39,506 bases of DNA from a virus. Lineage: Duplodnaviria > Caudoviricetes. Positions 22,188 through 34,500 of the stretch are shown here, piece by piece. The stretch spans positions 1-39,506 of the IMG/VR virus record IMGVR_UViG_3300020258_000014. One strand, written 5' to 3'. The stretch's first letter is position 1. Each line of letters begins with the position of its first letter. The position numbers and the translations under genes are program-made. Under the pieces are notes generated by a model. The model was given only the letters and a program-made list of their open reading frames with translations, ran no database searches and was not told the DNA's origin.

Positions 22188-22834
22188 ATCATAGTTTACC
22201 AGATTGGTCTTGTTACATTCGTAATGAGTTCCTGTTTAATCATAAGAAAGGACATGGTGAAGTCACTAGATGTGATGTTCATAGTGTTGCTAGTATGGAG
22301 AAGCGTGTGCCTTTGTTTGAGGCATTTCTTGAGAATGGTGTCAACTGGACACGTAGACCCCTACATGCCTTTTGTTGGATGCCTGATGCCCCTATAGAAC
22401 CCTTAGAGGACATCATGTATTGGGATTGCTTCTCACCTTATATTGATGTACAAAGAAGGCATAGGTTATCTGGTCTTGAGGCAGAACTAATTCGTCCTGA
22501 TGGTAAGAAAGTCAAAGGCAGTTATATGTGGACCTTTGATTGGAGTTGGGAAAATAAGGGTGTGCCTGATCTAAACTTCTCTGAAACACCAGAACATAAG
22601 TGTGCGCATCTGTTCAAGATGGACAATGGCAACTACTATGCATATCCTAACAATAGAATTATTTGGTATGATAATGCATGGACCTTTAATAGGATTGATA
22701 AGAATCCTGGATTTGAAATTGATACTACAGTGTATAGTGTAGAGAATAAGCGAAGGATTGAAACATCAGATCATTACATGTATGAGATTACAGACCTAGA
22801 TAATTTAACATTGGCAGATAATAAAGATGAATGA
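22175..22834 (+). CDS. conserved hypothetical phage protein
   Basis: 219-aa ORF with WDCFS, EHKCAH and YPNNR motifs. Confidence 0.8.
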   Translation: MAYLNHSLPDWSCYIRNEFLFNHKKGHGEVTRCDVHSVASMEKRVPLFEAFLENGVNWTRRPLHAFCWMPDAPIEPLEDIMYWDCFSPYIDVQRRHRLSGLEAELIRPDGKKVKGSYMWTFDWSWENKGVPDLNFSETPEHKCAHLFKMDNGNYYAYPNNRIIWYDNAWTFNRIDKNPGFEIDTTVYSVENKRRIETSDHYMYEITDLDNLTLADNKDE

Positions 22835-23015
22835 TTTTCTAGATAACTTAGCAAATGATCAGCATCAAAAGATGTTACGTGAGATTGCTAATGATGGTTT
22901 AACACCTAAGAATAGAATCAAGAAGAACACTGATGGTTTATTTGAGACAACAGATTGCTCACATCCTGATCATGAGTGTACTTGTGGTGGTGAGCAGGTA
23001 TTAACTGAAGATTAG
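22827..23015 (+). CDS. hypothetical protein
   Basis: 62-aa ORF overlapping the previous stop. Confidence 0.65.
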   Translation: MNDFLDNLANDQHQKMLREIANDGLTPKNRIKKNTDGLFETTDCSHPDHECTCGGEQVLTED

Positions 23016-23020
23016 TCTAC

Positions 23021-23026
23021 TAAATA
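23021..23026 (+). promoter_or_regulatory. late promoter TAAATA of the baseplate operon
   Basis: CTAAATA 21 nt before the GTG start of gp25. Confidence 0.7.
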
Positions 23027-23047
23027 AGGTAGAATTCTTGTATCAGT

Positions 23048-23449
23048 GTGCCTGTTCAAAGGACCAGTAAACCATTTAAGGATATAAGTGCATCATTTCA
23101 GATTAATCCTCTTAACAATGATTTAATTGGATTGACTAATGCAAATGCAATTGCACGATCTATTCGTAACTTGATTCTCACTGGACCTGGGGAAAGACCA
23201 TTCAGCCCAGCATTGGGTTCTGATGTGAGTAGATTACTGTTTAATAACTTAGATGCTCTCACTGCAGCTAATATTGACAGTCAAATCCGTATTACTATTG
23301 CTAACTATGAACCTAGAGTTGATCTGATTGATGTATTAGTCAAAGCAAATGCAGATTCAAATGCATTTGATGTACAGATTCAATATCAAATCATAGGTGT
23401 GGATGCACAAGCACAAGAACTCTCTTTCGCATTAGAACCCACTAGGTAA
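23048..23449 (+). CDS. gp25: baseplate wedge subunit gp25
   Basis: AIARSIRNLILTGPGERPF.P.LGS and NYEPRV motifs; directly upstream of gp6. Confidence 0.92.
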   Translation: MPVQRTSKPFKDISASFQINPLNNDLIGLTNANAIARSIRNLILTGPGERPFSPALGSDVSRLLFNNLDALTAANIDSQIRITIANYEPRVDLIDVLVKANADSNAFDVQIQYQIIGVDAQAQELSFALEPTR

Positions 23450-25558
23450 ATGCCTTTAGTTAATTTCAGCAACTTAGATTTTGATCAAATAAAGACGTCC
23501 ATTAAGGACTATCTTCGTGCGAACTCAAACTTCACAGATTATGATTATGAAGGATCTAATCTATCAACCATTATAGACATCCTTGCCTATAATACCTACA
23601 TCACCTCATACAATGCCAATATGGTAACTAATGAGGTGTTTATTGATGGAGCAACACTCAGAGAGAATGTTGTTTCATTAGCAAGAAATATTGGATATGT
23701 CCCCAAGTCCAGGAATGCTGCAAAAGCATTTGTATCCTTTGCAGTGGATACATCATCAACTACAGCAGTCTCTGTGACTCTAAAAAGAGGAATTACATTA
23801 GTTTCCTCTAATTTGTTTGCTAATACCAGTTATGTGTTCTCTATTCCAGAGGACATCACAGTTCCAGTCAATAGTGATGGTTTAGCACTCTTTGATAATA
23901 TTGAGGTACATGAAGGAACTCATATTACACAATCATTTAATGTAAGTTCTAGAACACCTAATCAGAAATACATTCTTAATAATAGTGGTATTGATACTGA
24001 TCTGATTACAGTGTCAGTCAGAGAGGCACCTAGTTCTACTATTGTAAGAACATACAAGCAGTTTAGTAGTCTATATGAAGTAGATTCTACATCACCAGTT
24101 TATTTTATTCAAGAGATTGAGAATGAAAGATATGAACTGATGTTTGGTGATGGGGTATTTGGTCTGAAATTGGAAGAACCAAATATTGTAGAAGTTGGAT
24201 ATATTACATCTAGTGGTGAGGCAGGTAATGGAATTTCACAATTCACCTTTGCTGGTCAGTTAGTAGATAACAATAACACTTCCATTACTACTGGAATTTC
24301 ACTGATTAACACAGATCAGACATCCTTTGGTGGTTCTGCTATTGAAAGTGTTGAGTCTGTTAAAAAGAATGCTCCTCAGATCTATGCATCACAGAATCGT
24401 GCTGTTACTGCAGCAGACTATGAGGTTCTGATTCCTAGAATCTATCCAGAAGCAGAATCTGTTTCTGCATTTGGTGGTGAAGACTTGGTTCCTCCACAAT
24501 ATGGTAAAGTCTTTATCAGTGTAAAACCAGAGAATGGTGTTTACCTATCCACTAGTATCAAGGAAGACATCTCCAGAGAACTGAGAAAGTATTCAGTTGC
24601 TGGTATTGTAAGTGAGATTGTAGATCTTAAGTATCTCTATGTTGAGACTGATTCTTATGTCTATTACAATCAAAACAAGGCACCCTCTGCTAGTGTGGTA
24701 AGTTCACTTGTTACTAGTAATATTGGAGCATACGCTGACTCAACTGAGTTGAATAAGTTTGGCGCTAGATTCAAGTATTCTAAGTATCAGAAGATTATTG
24801 ATGATACTCATCAATCTATTACATCTAACATCACCACTGTTCAGATGAGAAGAGATATGGAACCTCTTCTGAATACCTTTGCTGAATATGAATTGTGCTT
24901 TGGTAATAGGTTCTTTATCAAAAACCATGGACATGGGACTCATGGTGGAGAAATTGGATATAACATCAAGTCATCTGCATTCCAGGTTGCTGGAATCTCT
25001 GGTGATGTGTATCTGGGTGATAGTCCTGATCAGACTCTCAAGAAAGGATCACTTTTCTTGTTTAAGTTGAACTCACCCACTGAAGTAGTATTTGTAAAAC
25101 AGAATATTGGCATTATTGATTATGTGAAAGGAGAAATCAAACTTAACCCAATTAAGATCATTTCTACCAGCGTAAATAGAGGAACACCCCTCATTGAAGT
25201 TTCTGCTGTTCCATATTCAAATGATGTTATAGGACTTCAAGATCTATATCTTCAACTGGATACTAATAATGTTACAGTCAATACAGTATCAGATCAAATT
25301 GCATCTGGTGATGATGTATCAGGTAGTAACTACATTGTTACATCAAGTTATTCAAATGGAAGTCTTGTAAGGGGAACTCCTATTCTGGTTAGTTCTGAGT
25401 CTAATACAGTCTCTACCCCAACCCCTGTTACAACCAATGTAACTGTCACTACTGGTAATGCTGGATCATCAGTGACTAGAACAACTGGCACTACACCAAC
25501 ATCTAGTCCCTCTCCCAGCACTCCCTCATCATCCCCATCCACACCATACTCCTATTAA
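23450..25558 (+). CDS. gp6: baseplate wedge subunit gp6
   Basis: LDFDQIK..., DYDYEGSNLS, AYNTY, LARNIGYVP, QNRAVTAADY, PPQYGKVFIS. Confidence 0.93.
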   Translation: MPLVNFSNLDFDQIKTSIKDYLRANSNFTDYDYEGSNLSTIIDILAYNTYITSYNANMVTNEVFIDGATLRENVVSLARNIGYVPKSRNAAKAFVSFAVDTSSTTAVSVTLKRGITLVSSNLFANTSYVFSIPEDITVPVNSDGLALFDNIEVHEGTHITQSFNVSSRTPNQKYILNNSGIDTDLITVSVREAPSSTIVRTYKQFSSLYEVDSTSPVYFIQEIENERYELMFGDGVFGLKLEEPNIVEVGYITSSGEAGNGISQFTFAGQLVDNNNTSITTGISLINTDQTSFGGSAIESVESVKKNAPQIYASQNRAVTAADYEVLIPRIYPEAESVSAFGGEDLVPPQYGKVFISVKPENGVYLSTSIKEDISRELRKYSVAGIVSEIVDLKYLYVETDSYVYYNQNKAPSASVVSSLVTSNIGAYADSTELNKFGARFKYSKYQKIIDDTHQSITSNITTVQMRRDMEPLLNTFAEYELCFGNRFFIKNHGHGTHGGEIGYNIKSSAFQVAGISGDVYLGDSPDQTLKKGSLFLFKLNSPTEVVFVKQNIGIIDYVKGEIKLNPIKIISTSVNRGTPLIEVSAVPYSNDVIGLQDLYLQLDTNNVTVNTVSDQIASGDDVSGSNYIVTSSYSNGSLVRGTPILVSSESNTVSTPTPVTTNVTVTTGNAGSSVTRTTGTTPTSSPSPSTPSSSPSTPYSY

Positions 25559-25563
25559 GATAA

Positions 25564-28500
25564 ATGGCAGTAGATAGAGTAAAGTTCCAAGATATAATCG
25601 CGAGTCGTGTACCTGAGTATGTAAGGGATGACTTTCCACTTCTTGTGGACTTCTTAAAAGAGTATTATATTTCACAAGAAGTAAAAGGTGGCGCTGAAGA
25701 TTTAATCAGTAACCTAGATCAATATTTAAAAGTTGATGAGTTATATAATCTTAAATCATCCACTATTTTGCAGGGTGATATAACTTTCCTTGACACTACT
25801 ATTACAACTTCTTCTAATAGTAATTTCACTGATGGATTTCCTGAATCAAAGGGTTTGATTCAAATTGATGATGAAATCATTTTATATGAGACTAAGACAG
25901 ACACCACTTTTGAGGGGTGTACAAGGGGTTTCAGTGGGGTTACAGACTACATTGGGACTAATACCCCTGATCAACTGACATTTAAAGAAACAGAGTCTGC
26001 AGACCACAAAAGTGGAGCAACCATTGTCAACCTGAATGTTAAATTTCTTCAGGAGTTTTTCAAAAGAGTTAAAAATCAAGTCATTCCTGGTTTTTCTCAG
26101 AGAAAACTTTATAGTGGTCTAGATGAAAGAAACTTCATCTTCACTGCTGATAGTTTCTACAAATCTAAAGGAACTGATCAATCATTTGAGATTCTTTTCA
26201 GAGCACTGTATGGCGTAGATGTAGAGGTCATCAAACCCAGTAAGTTCCTGATCAAACCATCAGATGCTGATTACAGAATCACTCAAGATTATGTTGTTGA
26301 GGAATATGTTGGAGACCCCCTTGATCTCAAGAACCTTACTTTCTATCAAGATAGAACAAAGGCAAGAGGAACAATCACCAATGTAGAGAAGATCAACTAC
26401 CCTGATGGCGATTTCTATCAAATTGCCATTGACTATGGTTATCAAAGAGATATTGATGTAGATGGTTCAATCTATGGAAGATTTGAACCTAATCCAAAAA
26501 CCAAGATTGTTAATAATGTTTCAGTTGGATCAACAGTATTGGACGTTGATTCCACATTGAGTTTTCCATCATCAGGCAAACTATCAGTTCTTAATGTTGA
26601 TGGTGATGAAAATATTCTCTCATATTCAGATAAAACACTCACTCAGTTCTTAGGTGTTACTACAACCACAACTAATATAAACTCTACATCAGATATTTCT
26701 CTAGATGATTACAGTTATGCAACTGGAAAAAATGGTGAAGTAAGAGTAAAAGTAGTTTCAACTCTTACCAATCTAAAACTGAATGAAGAAACATACTTCT
26801 TCAATAAAAATGACACAATCAATGTTAAGTCTATTGGTTTGGAGTCCACACAAAAACAGGCAATTCCCTGGTTGTATAATGTTAAAACAAAGTGGACTGT
26901 ATCATCATTTGAATTAATTGATGCTACACAAAAAACTTATAATATTGAAACATTTGATGATCTGTTTGTGAGACCAGGTTATAAAATGTCACTGACCAGT
27001 AGTGGCGGTTTATCAAGAACTCTCACTGTTCAGTCTGTCCTTTCCAAGACAAAGATTGTAGCAGTTTTATCTGGTAATATCACCACAGCACAGTTTTCTC
27101 AAGTTTGGACATTAGAGAATCAAATTCTCAAAGGATCTTCTACAAAATATCCACAACTTAATAACATCAATGTCAATGTTCTCAATGTTTATGAAAAGTT
27201 TAGTGGTGAACTGCTTGTAGCGTCAAACTCTATTCCAAACTACAGCTCAATTCCCACTAATCCTTATGATAGAGAGGTTTCATTTAGTGGTTCAGCAGTA
27301 AATGACAATCTGGTGGTAACACCAACATCTGATCATGGTTTTCAGTCAGGTGATCCTGTTTACTATAAACCTAGAGTAATCAAGACCACAACAACATCAT
27401 CAAGTGGTATCACCCAAACAACTGAGACTGTTGATTCTTTTGATAATATTTCAGAGGGAGTTTACTATGTTAAGAGAGTAAGTTCCACCACAATCAAACT
27501 TGCTAGAAGTTCATCAGATATCTACAATAACAAGTATATTACTCCTGTTGGTTCTGTAACTGATAGTAAATTCTGTTATTTTAGATTTTACAATAAAGAG
27601 TTATCACCACAAAAAATCTATAGAGAGATTAAAACACCATCTACAAAGGTAGGAGAATATAGAACATCTCCAGGGTACACTGGTGTTTTAATTAATGGTG
27701 TTGAACTTATAAACTATAAATCATTTGATACTGTATATTATGGTGGCATCAAAGGTCTGAATGTCAACAATAGAGGTCAGGGGTATGATGTAATCAATCC
27801 ACCTCTGATGACTATTAGTGACAATACTGGTGTTGGTGCTACTGGTGTGGTTGCTGTGGAAGGATCTCTGAAAGAGGTCAGAATTATTGATAATGGTTTT
27901 GATTATGTTGATGAACCTGTAGTAATTATCAGTGGTGGGCAGGGAACCAATGCATCAGCAAAGGTCAATCTTGCTTCTATTGACCATAGTGTCCAGTTCA
28001 ATTCTGGTCCTGGCACTAAGAGTGGTTTGTCACTCTCAGTCAATACAATTGGATTTACCACATTCCACAAGTTTAGAGACAATGAGAGAGTTGTCTATGT
28101 GTCTAACGGAATTGATGGTGTTGCAGGTCTTAAGACAGATGCTGATTATTATGCAAATGTAGTTGATTCATTGACAATTACACTCCATGATAATTTTAAT
28201 GATGCTAAAGCAGGAATCAACACTGTAAACCTCACTGGGTATGGTGTGGGTAGACAAGAGTTTAAATCTTATGAAAAGAAAAAGATTGTCTCTAACATTG
28301 TTGTAGACCAAGAGGGTTCAGGTTATAAGAACAAAGAAAGACTCATTGTTGGTGTCAACACTGCATCAAATGAGATCACAATTGATGATCATGGTTATGA
28401 TGAAGGAGAGATTGTTCAATATACAGCAGGTTCATCTCCTGTTGCTGGTCTTGGCGCAACAACAGAGTATTATGTTGTAAAGATTAGTGACAGTGTATTC

Positions 28501-31500
28501 TCACTTTCAGAGGTAGGGACTGGTCAAACCCAATCTGAATACTTCTATGACAACAATATTGTTACAAATCTTCAATCTGAAGGTAATGGTAGTTTTAATT
28601 ACAAACCAATCACTGTTTCTGTTCAAGGAACTATTGGTGTTAACACATTAACTAGTCAAGATTTCTCTTGTAAGGTTCAACCAATCTTCAGAGGTTCTAT
28701 TGACTCTATTGATATCACTAATGAAGGTGTTGGGTATGGTTCTTCTGAAGTATTAAACTTCACCAGACAACCTGTCGTAAACTTCAACAGTGGAAAAGAT
28801 GCTCAACTAACTCCTATTATTTCTAATGGCAGAATAGTTGAAGTTTTAATTAATATGGGTGGAAGTGAATATAATTCTCCCCCTGATCTTGTTATAACTG
28901 GTATTGGATCATTTGCCAGACTCACTCCTATTGTGAGTGGTGGTGCAATCACTGAAGTTAAAGTTATCAGTGGTGGTGCAGGTTATGGGAGTGATACAAC
29001 CATTATGGTTAGACCTGCTGGAGTTGATGCAACTGTCAATACTAGCATCAATCAATGGACAGTTAACCTATTTGCAAGAAATCTTTCTAATATTGGAGCA
29101 GATGATGGAATCATCAATACTTCAATTGATGGAGATACACTTGAATATTCTCATCTATATCCATCCAGATATCTTAGAGAAACAACTTATGCTGTAGATG
29201 CTAATGGTAATACCATCTATTCAGATAATGATCTCAATAAAACAAATAATATAGAAATAGATTCATCAAAACACTCACCAATCCTTGGTTGGTCGTATGA
29301 TGGTCATCCAATTTATGGTCCATATGCTTATGCAACATCATCAGGTGGACCCATCAAGAGAATGATCTCTGGTTATGAGGTTAACTTACAGACAACTAAT
29401 AGACCTCCTGTCTCACAGTTTGCTCAGGGATTCTTTGTTGAAGATTTTGCATTTAGAGGAACTGGTGATCTAGATGAGAGCAATGGCAGATACTGCATCA
29501 CTCCTGATTATCCAGAGGGCACATATGCGTACTTCACCACCATTGAAGAAACTTCAGATACCTCTGGTGCATTCAATAATTATAGAAGACCAGTATTCCC
29601 ATATGTAATTGGCAATTCATTTAATTCAGAACCAAATACATTTAACTTTAGCACGTCTTCAAATCATATAGAATATGATATTGAGAAGAACAAGTGGTTT
29701 AGAAATACTACTCCATATCATATGAACTCACCTTTGAGTGGATATGATTATATCTTTGACTCAAACACTTACAAGAAACAGGAGATTGATGTAACATCAG
29801 CTTCTGCTGGTAATATTCAAGGAGTTGGCATTCTTACAGGTGGTAGAGATTATAGAGTTAATGATCAACTGCTGTTTGATAATTCCTTTACCAATGGAAA
29901 GAATGCTGCAGCTAAAGTTGAAAGAGTATCAGGAAAGGTTGTAAACAATATCAGTGTGACATCCACACATGTATCTGATATTGAATTTATACCTTACGCA
30001 TCAAAAGGACAATTTGTAGGTTATAGTTCAGTTCCTCATGATCTGTCTGATGGTGATCTAGTTAACATTTCAGGTCTTTCAAATTACTATGATGGATTGG
30101 ATGGCAATTATAATATTGGCGTCAGCACTGGTTCATTTGTTTTGTTAACTGGTATTGGTGATACATCTGTAACTGGTGTAACAACTTACCTTGAAATTGG
30201 TGGTGCTATTCAGTATCCCTTTATAAGACCAGATGACATCATGGAAGTTGGTGGAGAGAAGGTTAAAGTTCTCACTCTTGATAGAAGAAATCAAAGACTT
30301 CAGGTTCTTAGGGAGCAATCAGGAACTATTGGAACTTCACATCTTGCACTGACAAAGATATTCAAAGATCCTAGAGCTCTTACTATTAATTCTGGTGCTG
30401 CAAGAACTACTCAGACTCTTAGGTTGAACAACGTATTGTATTTCAATCCTTCTGAAGCAGTGGGTCTTGGAACAGTATTAGGAACAAACATTGGAACAGC
30501 AGTCACATTCTCTAATCCAGGTGCAGGTGCCTCTTCTATTGTCATCCCACCACAGGCAATCTACTATCCTAATCATGGTCTTGAAATTAATGATGTTGTT
30601 GAGTATGCAACAAATGGTGGAGACTCTATCCAAGTTTGGAATGGATTGACTGGTGCAGCAAGCACTGATGTTATGTCTGGACTTGGAACATTCTTTGCTG
30701 TTCCACTCTCTTCCAGATTCATTGGTCTATCAACTAACAAAGTTGGTATTTCCACCATAACAGGTCAATATGTTGGTGTCAATACTGGTGCTGGTCTTCT
30801 TTACTTCACCAATGTTGGTTCAGGAGTATATCACAATCTCAGGACAAAAAGAACAAATGTAGTCACTGGTCAACTGCAAAAAAATGTAGTCACAGTTTCT
30901 ACTGCATCCACACATGGTTTGTTTGTTGATGATTTCATTAACTTCAATCTTAAACCAAAAGATGAAGTGGTTATCACTGTAAAATATGATGACTTCAATA
31001 GAAGAATGGTATTTAATCCTAAGACCTTTGCGTCTGGTGATGTAAGTACATCTGAAAATAGCATTCTGTTTAGTAATAATGAGTTCAAGACAGGTGACAA
31101 GGTAATTCACACCTCTTCTTCACCATCCAGTGGTTTGATAAATGAAGAGATGTATTATGTTGTACTTTATACTCCCACAAAGATAAAACTTGTTAGAACA
31201 AAAGCAGAGATTAATTCTGTTAATCCAAACTTTGTACAGATTACTTCTGCATCTTCTGGAACCCTGTCTAAGATCAATCCTATGGTTGATGTTAGTAGAA
31301 ATAATATTCTTAAATTTGATCTCTCTGATTCATCATTGTCATTTGCATCTAACGGTATTCAATATCCAGCATTTGAACTTAATTTATATTCTGATCCTTC
31401 TTTCAGAACTTTATTCATCACCACAGGAGACAGTCCTACATTTGAAGTAACAAAGAGTGGCACAGTTGGTGTGGATGGAAGTTTGACTCTCACTATAAAT

Positions 31501-34500
31501 GATGAAGTACCCTCTGCTCTTTGGTATTCATTCAGCACTGTAAATACATCATTCTCTCCTTTAATTAAGAGAGATTTGATAATTGATGTTAATGTAGATT
31601 CCAATAATCAAGTCAACCTTGTTCCTACAAAGTTTGATGGAAGACAAAAAGTTACAGGTATTGGAACAACTACATTTACATTCAATATTGGTTCATTCCC
31701 AGAAGTGGTTTCATATGGTGCAACCAATGCTTCACCATCATATGATACAAGTTCTTTAACTGCTTATGGTTCTATTTCTGATGTAGTGATTACAAACGCA
31801 GGCACAGGATATAGAAGTCTCCCTGGAATCAATACAGTAAGAAGTGGATTTGGAACTGATGCTATCCTTTATCCTGAGAGTCAGAATATTGGTAAGATTT
31901 TAAACTTTAGGTATTCATCCAATAACATTGGATTTGATTATCCTACAGATGAAACTTTGAGATCTATTGCAAATCTGCCTGAAATTCTTGAGATTGAACC
32001 ACTGAATTCTTTTGAAAGAATTGGTATTTCATCCAATGGAGTAAATTATCTTCTTGCTCCTGATCTTGTAGTTGTTGATGGATATACTAACAAATTGATG
32101 GATGGAGTTCAACTTTCCTATGCCATTGGTGATAATCAGGTTTCAATCATTAAAAATACAACTGAGTTGTATGAAACCACACCCAGAATTGTCCCAATTA
32201 ATAATACAAATGGAATTGGTATAGAATCTCTCACATATACAAACTCCACAAAGAAGGTAAGAGCACAACTAAATGCAATATTCAGTGATGAAGAAGATTT
32301 CCCATTTGTTATTGGCGAGACTGTATTGGTGGAAGGTATCAATGTTGGATTAGGAACAACTGGAACTGGTTACAACTCCTCACAACACAATTATGCTTAC
32401 TTCCCTGTAGTTGGAGTTCAAACTAACCTTGGTGGTTCTGGTGCATTTATTGATTATGATATGTCTGATGTTCTTCTTGATGGAGAAGAACCAGGAAATG
32501 CAACCATACCAATTAAAGGTAGAATTATCCCTACTTCCCATTTCCCAATCTTTGATATTTCACTTAGAAAAAATGACTATTTCCAAGATGAAATTGTAAC
32601 AAATGGTAGAAATCAAGGTAAAGTTGAAAGTTGGAATAAAAATACAGAAATATTGAAAGTTTCTAGTTCTTATGAATTTAAACTTAATGATACAGTAAGA
32701 GGTCTCACCTCAAACACTCAAGGAGTGATTAAGACCAAATATGACTTCAAAGCAGAAATTGAAACTGGAGCTGGTGCAACAGTAATCAGTGGTTGGGATA
32801 GAAACACAGGATTCTTGAATGATAATCTCCAGAGAATTCCTAATAATGAGTATTATCAAAACTTCTCATACTCTCTGAAGTCGAGTGTTGATTTTGATAC
32901 TTGGAATAATGCAGTAGGTTCACTCAATCACACTGCTGGATTCAAGAAGTTTGCTGATCTTGAAGTTGAAAGTGCTGCAGCACCAGTTGGTGGACAATCT
33001 GTTCCTATTGAAGCAATAGATTCCAATATTGAAACAGTTGTGGATATTATTGGTAAAGGAGATCTTTCTTGCTACTATGATTATGATAATGTTACTGAAA
33101 CTAGTTTTTCTGTAAATGGTCTTGAGTTCTCAGATGAGATTTTATTTGAGAACAAAATTCTTGCAGATTATTTCCAATCTGTTGGTAACAGAGTGCTTAG
33201 TATTGATGATATCTCATCCCAGTTTAACAGTAATGAGAGATCAGAACCATATGAACCAATCTCATCATTCCCTGGTAATTACACATATAATAAAATTCTA
33301 ACTCATGCTAGAGATAGAATTTTTACAGATGAGAGACAGTTTGCTGTTGTCTCATTGATTCAGAATGAGAATGTTGCTTATATGTCCCAATATGCTTGTA
33401 TTGAGACTTATCCATATCTTGGATACTTTGACTACCTCACCACATCTGATGGATGGGATCTTATTTTCTACCCAGTCAAGTTTGAGTTTAACACGTATGA
33501 TGTTTCAACTGTAAGTTTCAGTATTCTAAATGATAAGACAACAACAGGAAACCAAAGTTTTGGAGATGTTGCTGCTGTCATTTCTGAAAAAGCTGCTATC
33601 CCTCCTAACGCATCAACCACTATTGTTTCTGTTGGGACTTCTTATAGAGCACTAAAAGTTCTTACTTTGATTGAACATGTATCAACTGATGATTTCTATT
33701 CAACTGAACTCAATATTCTCTCCAATGGAACAGATGTTTCTATTCTTGAATATGGAAGTTTGAATGAAGCAGAGGGTGACTATGGGTCAGGTATTGGCAC
33801 ATTTGGTGCAAGAATCACTGGTGGCAATATCATTGTTGAATTCCACTCTAGTGTTGGATCAGGATTGACTGCAAATTCTGCTGTGGTTGCTATTACTGAT
33901 GGTGGAACATCTATTGGTTCCACTGATCTTGTAGTTTCAAGAGTTGGTTCTGCTTATTCATCTATTGCTGCATCTGGTTCACCTACAGCAAATCCAATCA
34001 TATCTTATACAGCACCTTATGAATCAATGTATGGTGTCCTTGTTGTAGAGAACAATACTGATAATGAATATGAAATGTTTGAGTTTGCTTGCATCAATTC
34101 TTCCTCTAATGAAGCATTTGTTGAATATGCAAATATTTCAACAGGAGCAGGTATTGGAACAGTTGGGGTCAGCACAATAACCAATGGAGTTGATGTTGTT
34201 TATACACCAGTTGCCAATAAGGCAGTTGAAGTGAGAGCATATTTCCAGCAACTTCAAATTAATAATGAAAATACAAATCCAACCAATATTGATTTAAATA
34301 ATGTAGTGATTGATACTGACTTTGAGCAGTATGCAGGAACAAGACTGAGTGTTATTGATTCCTTTGAACTTAGACATAAAGGAAATGACATTTTTAGAAG
34401 AATCTTTGATGGTTCGAGTGCAAGTATTGTTGATCTTGCTAATGATCAAATAATCATCCCTAATCATTTCTATGTAACTGGTGAGAACGTATCATATAGT

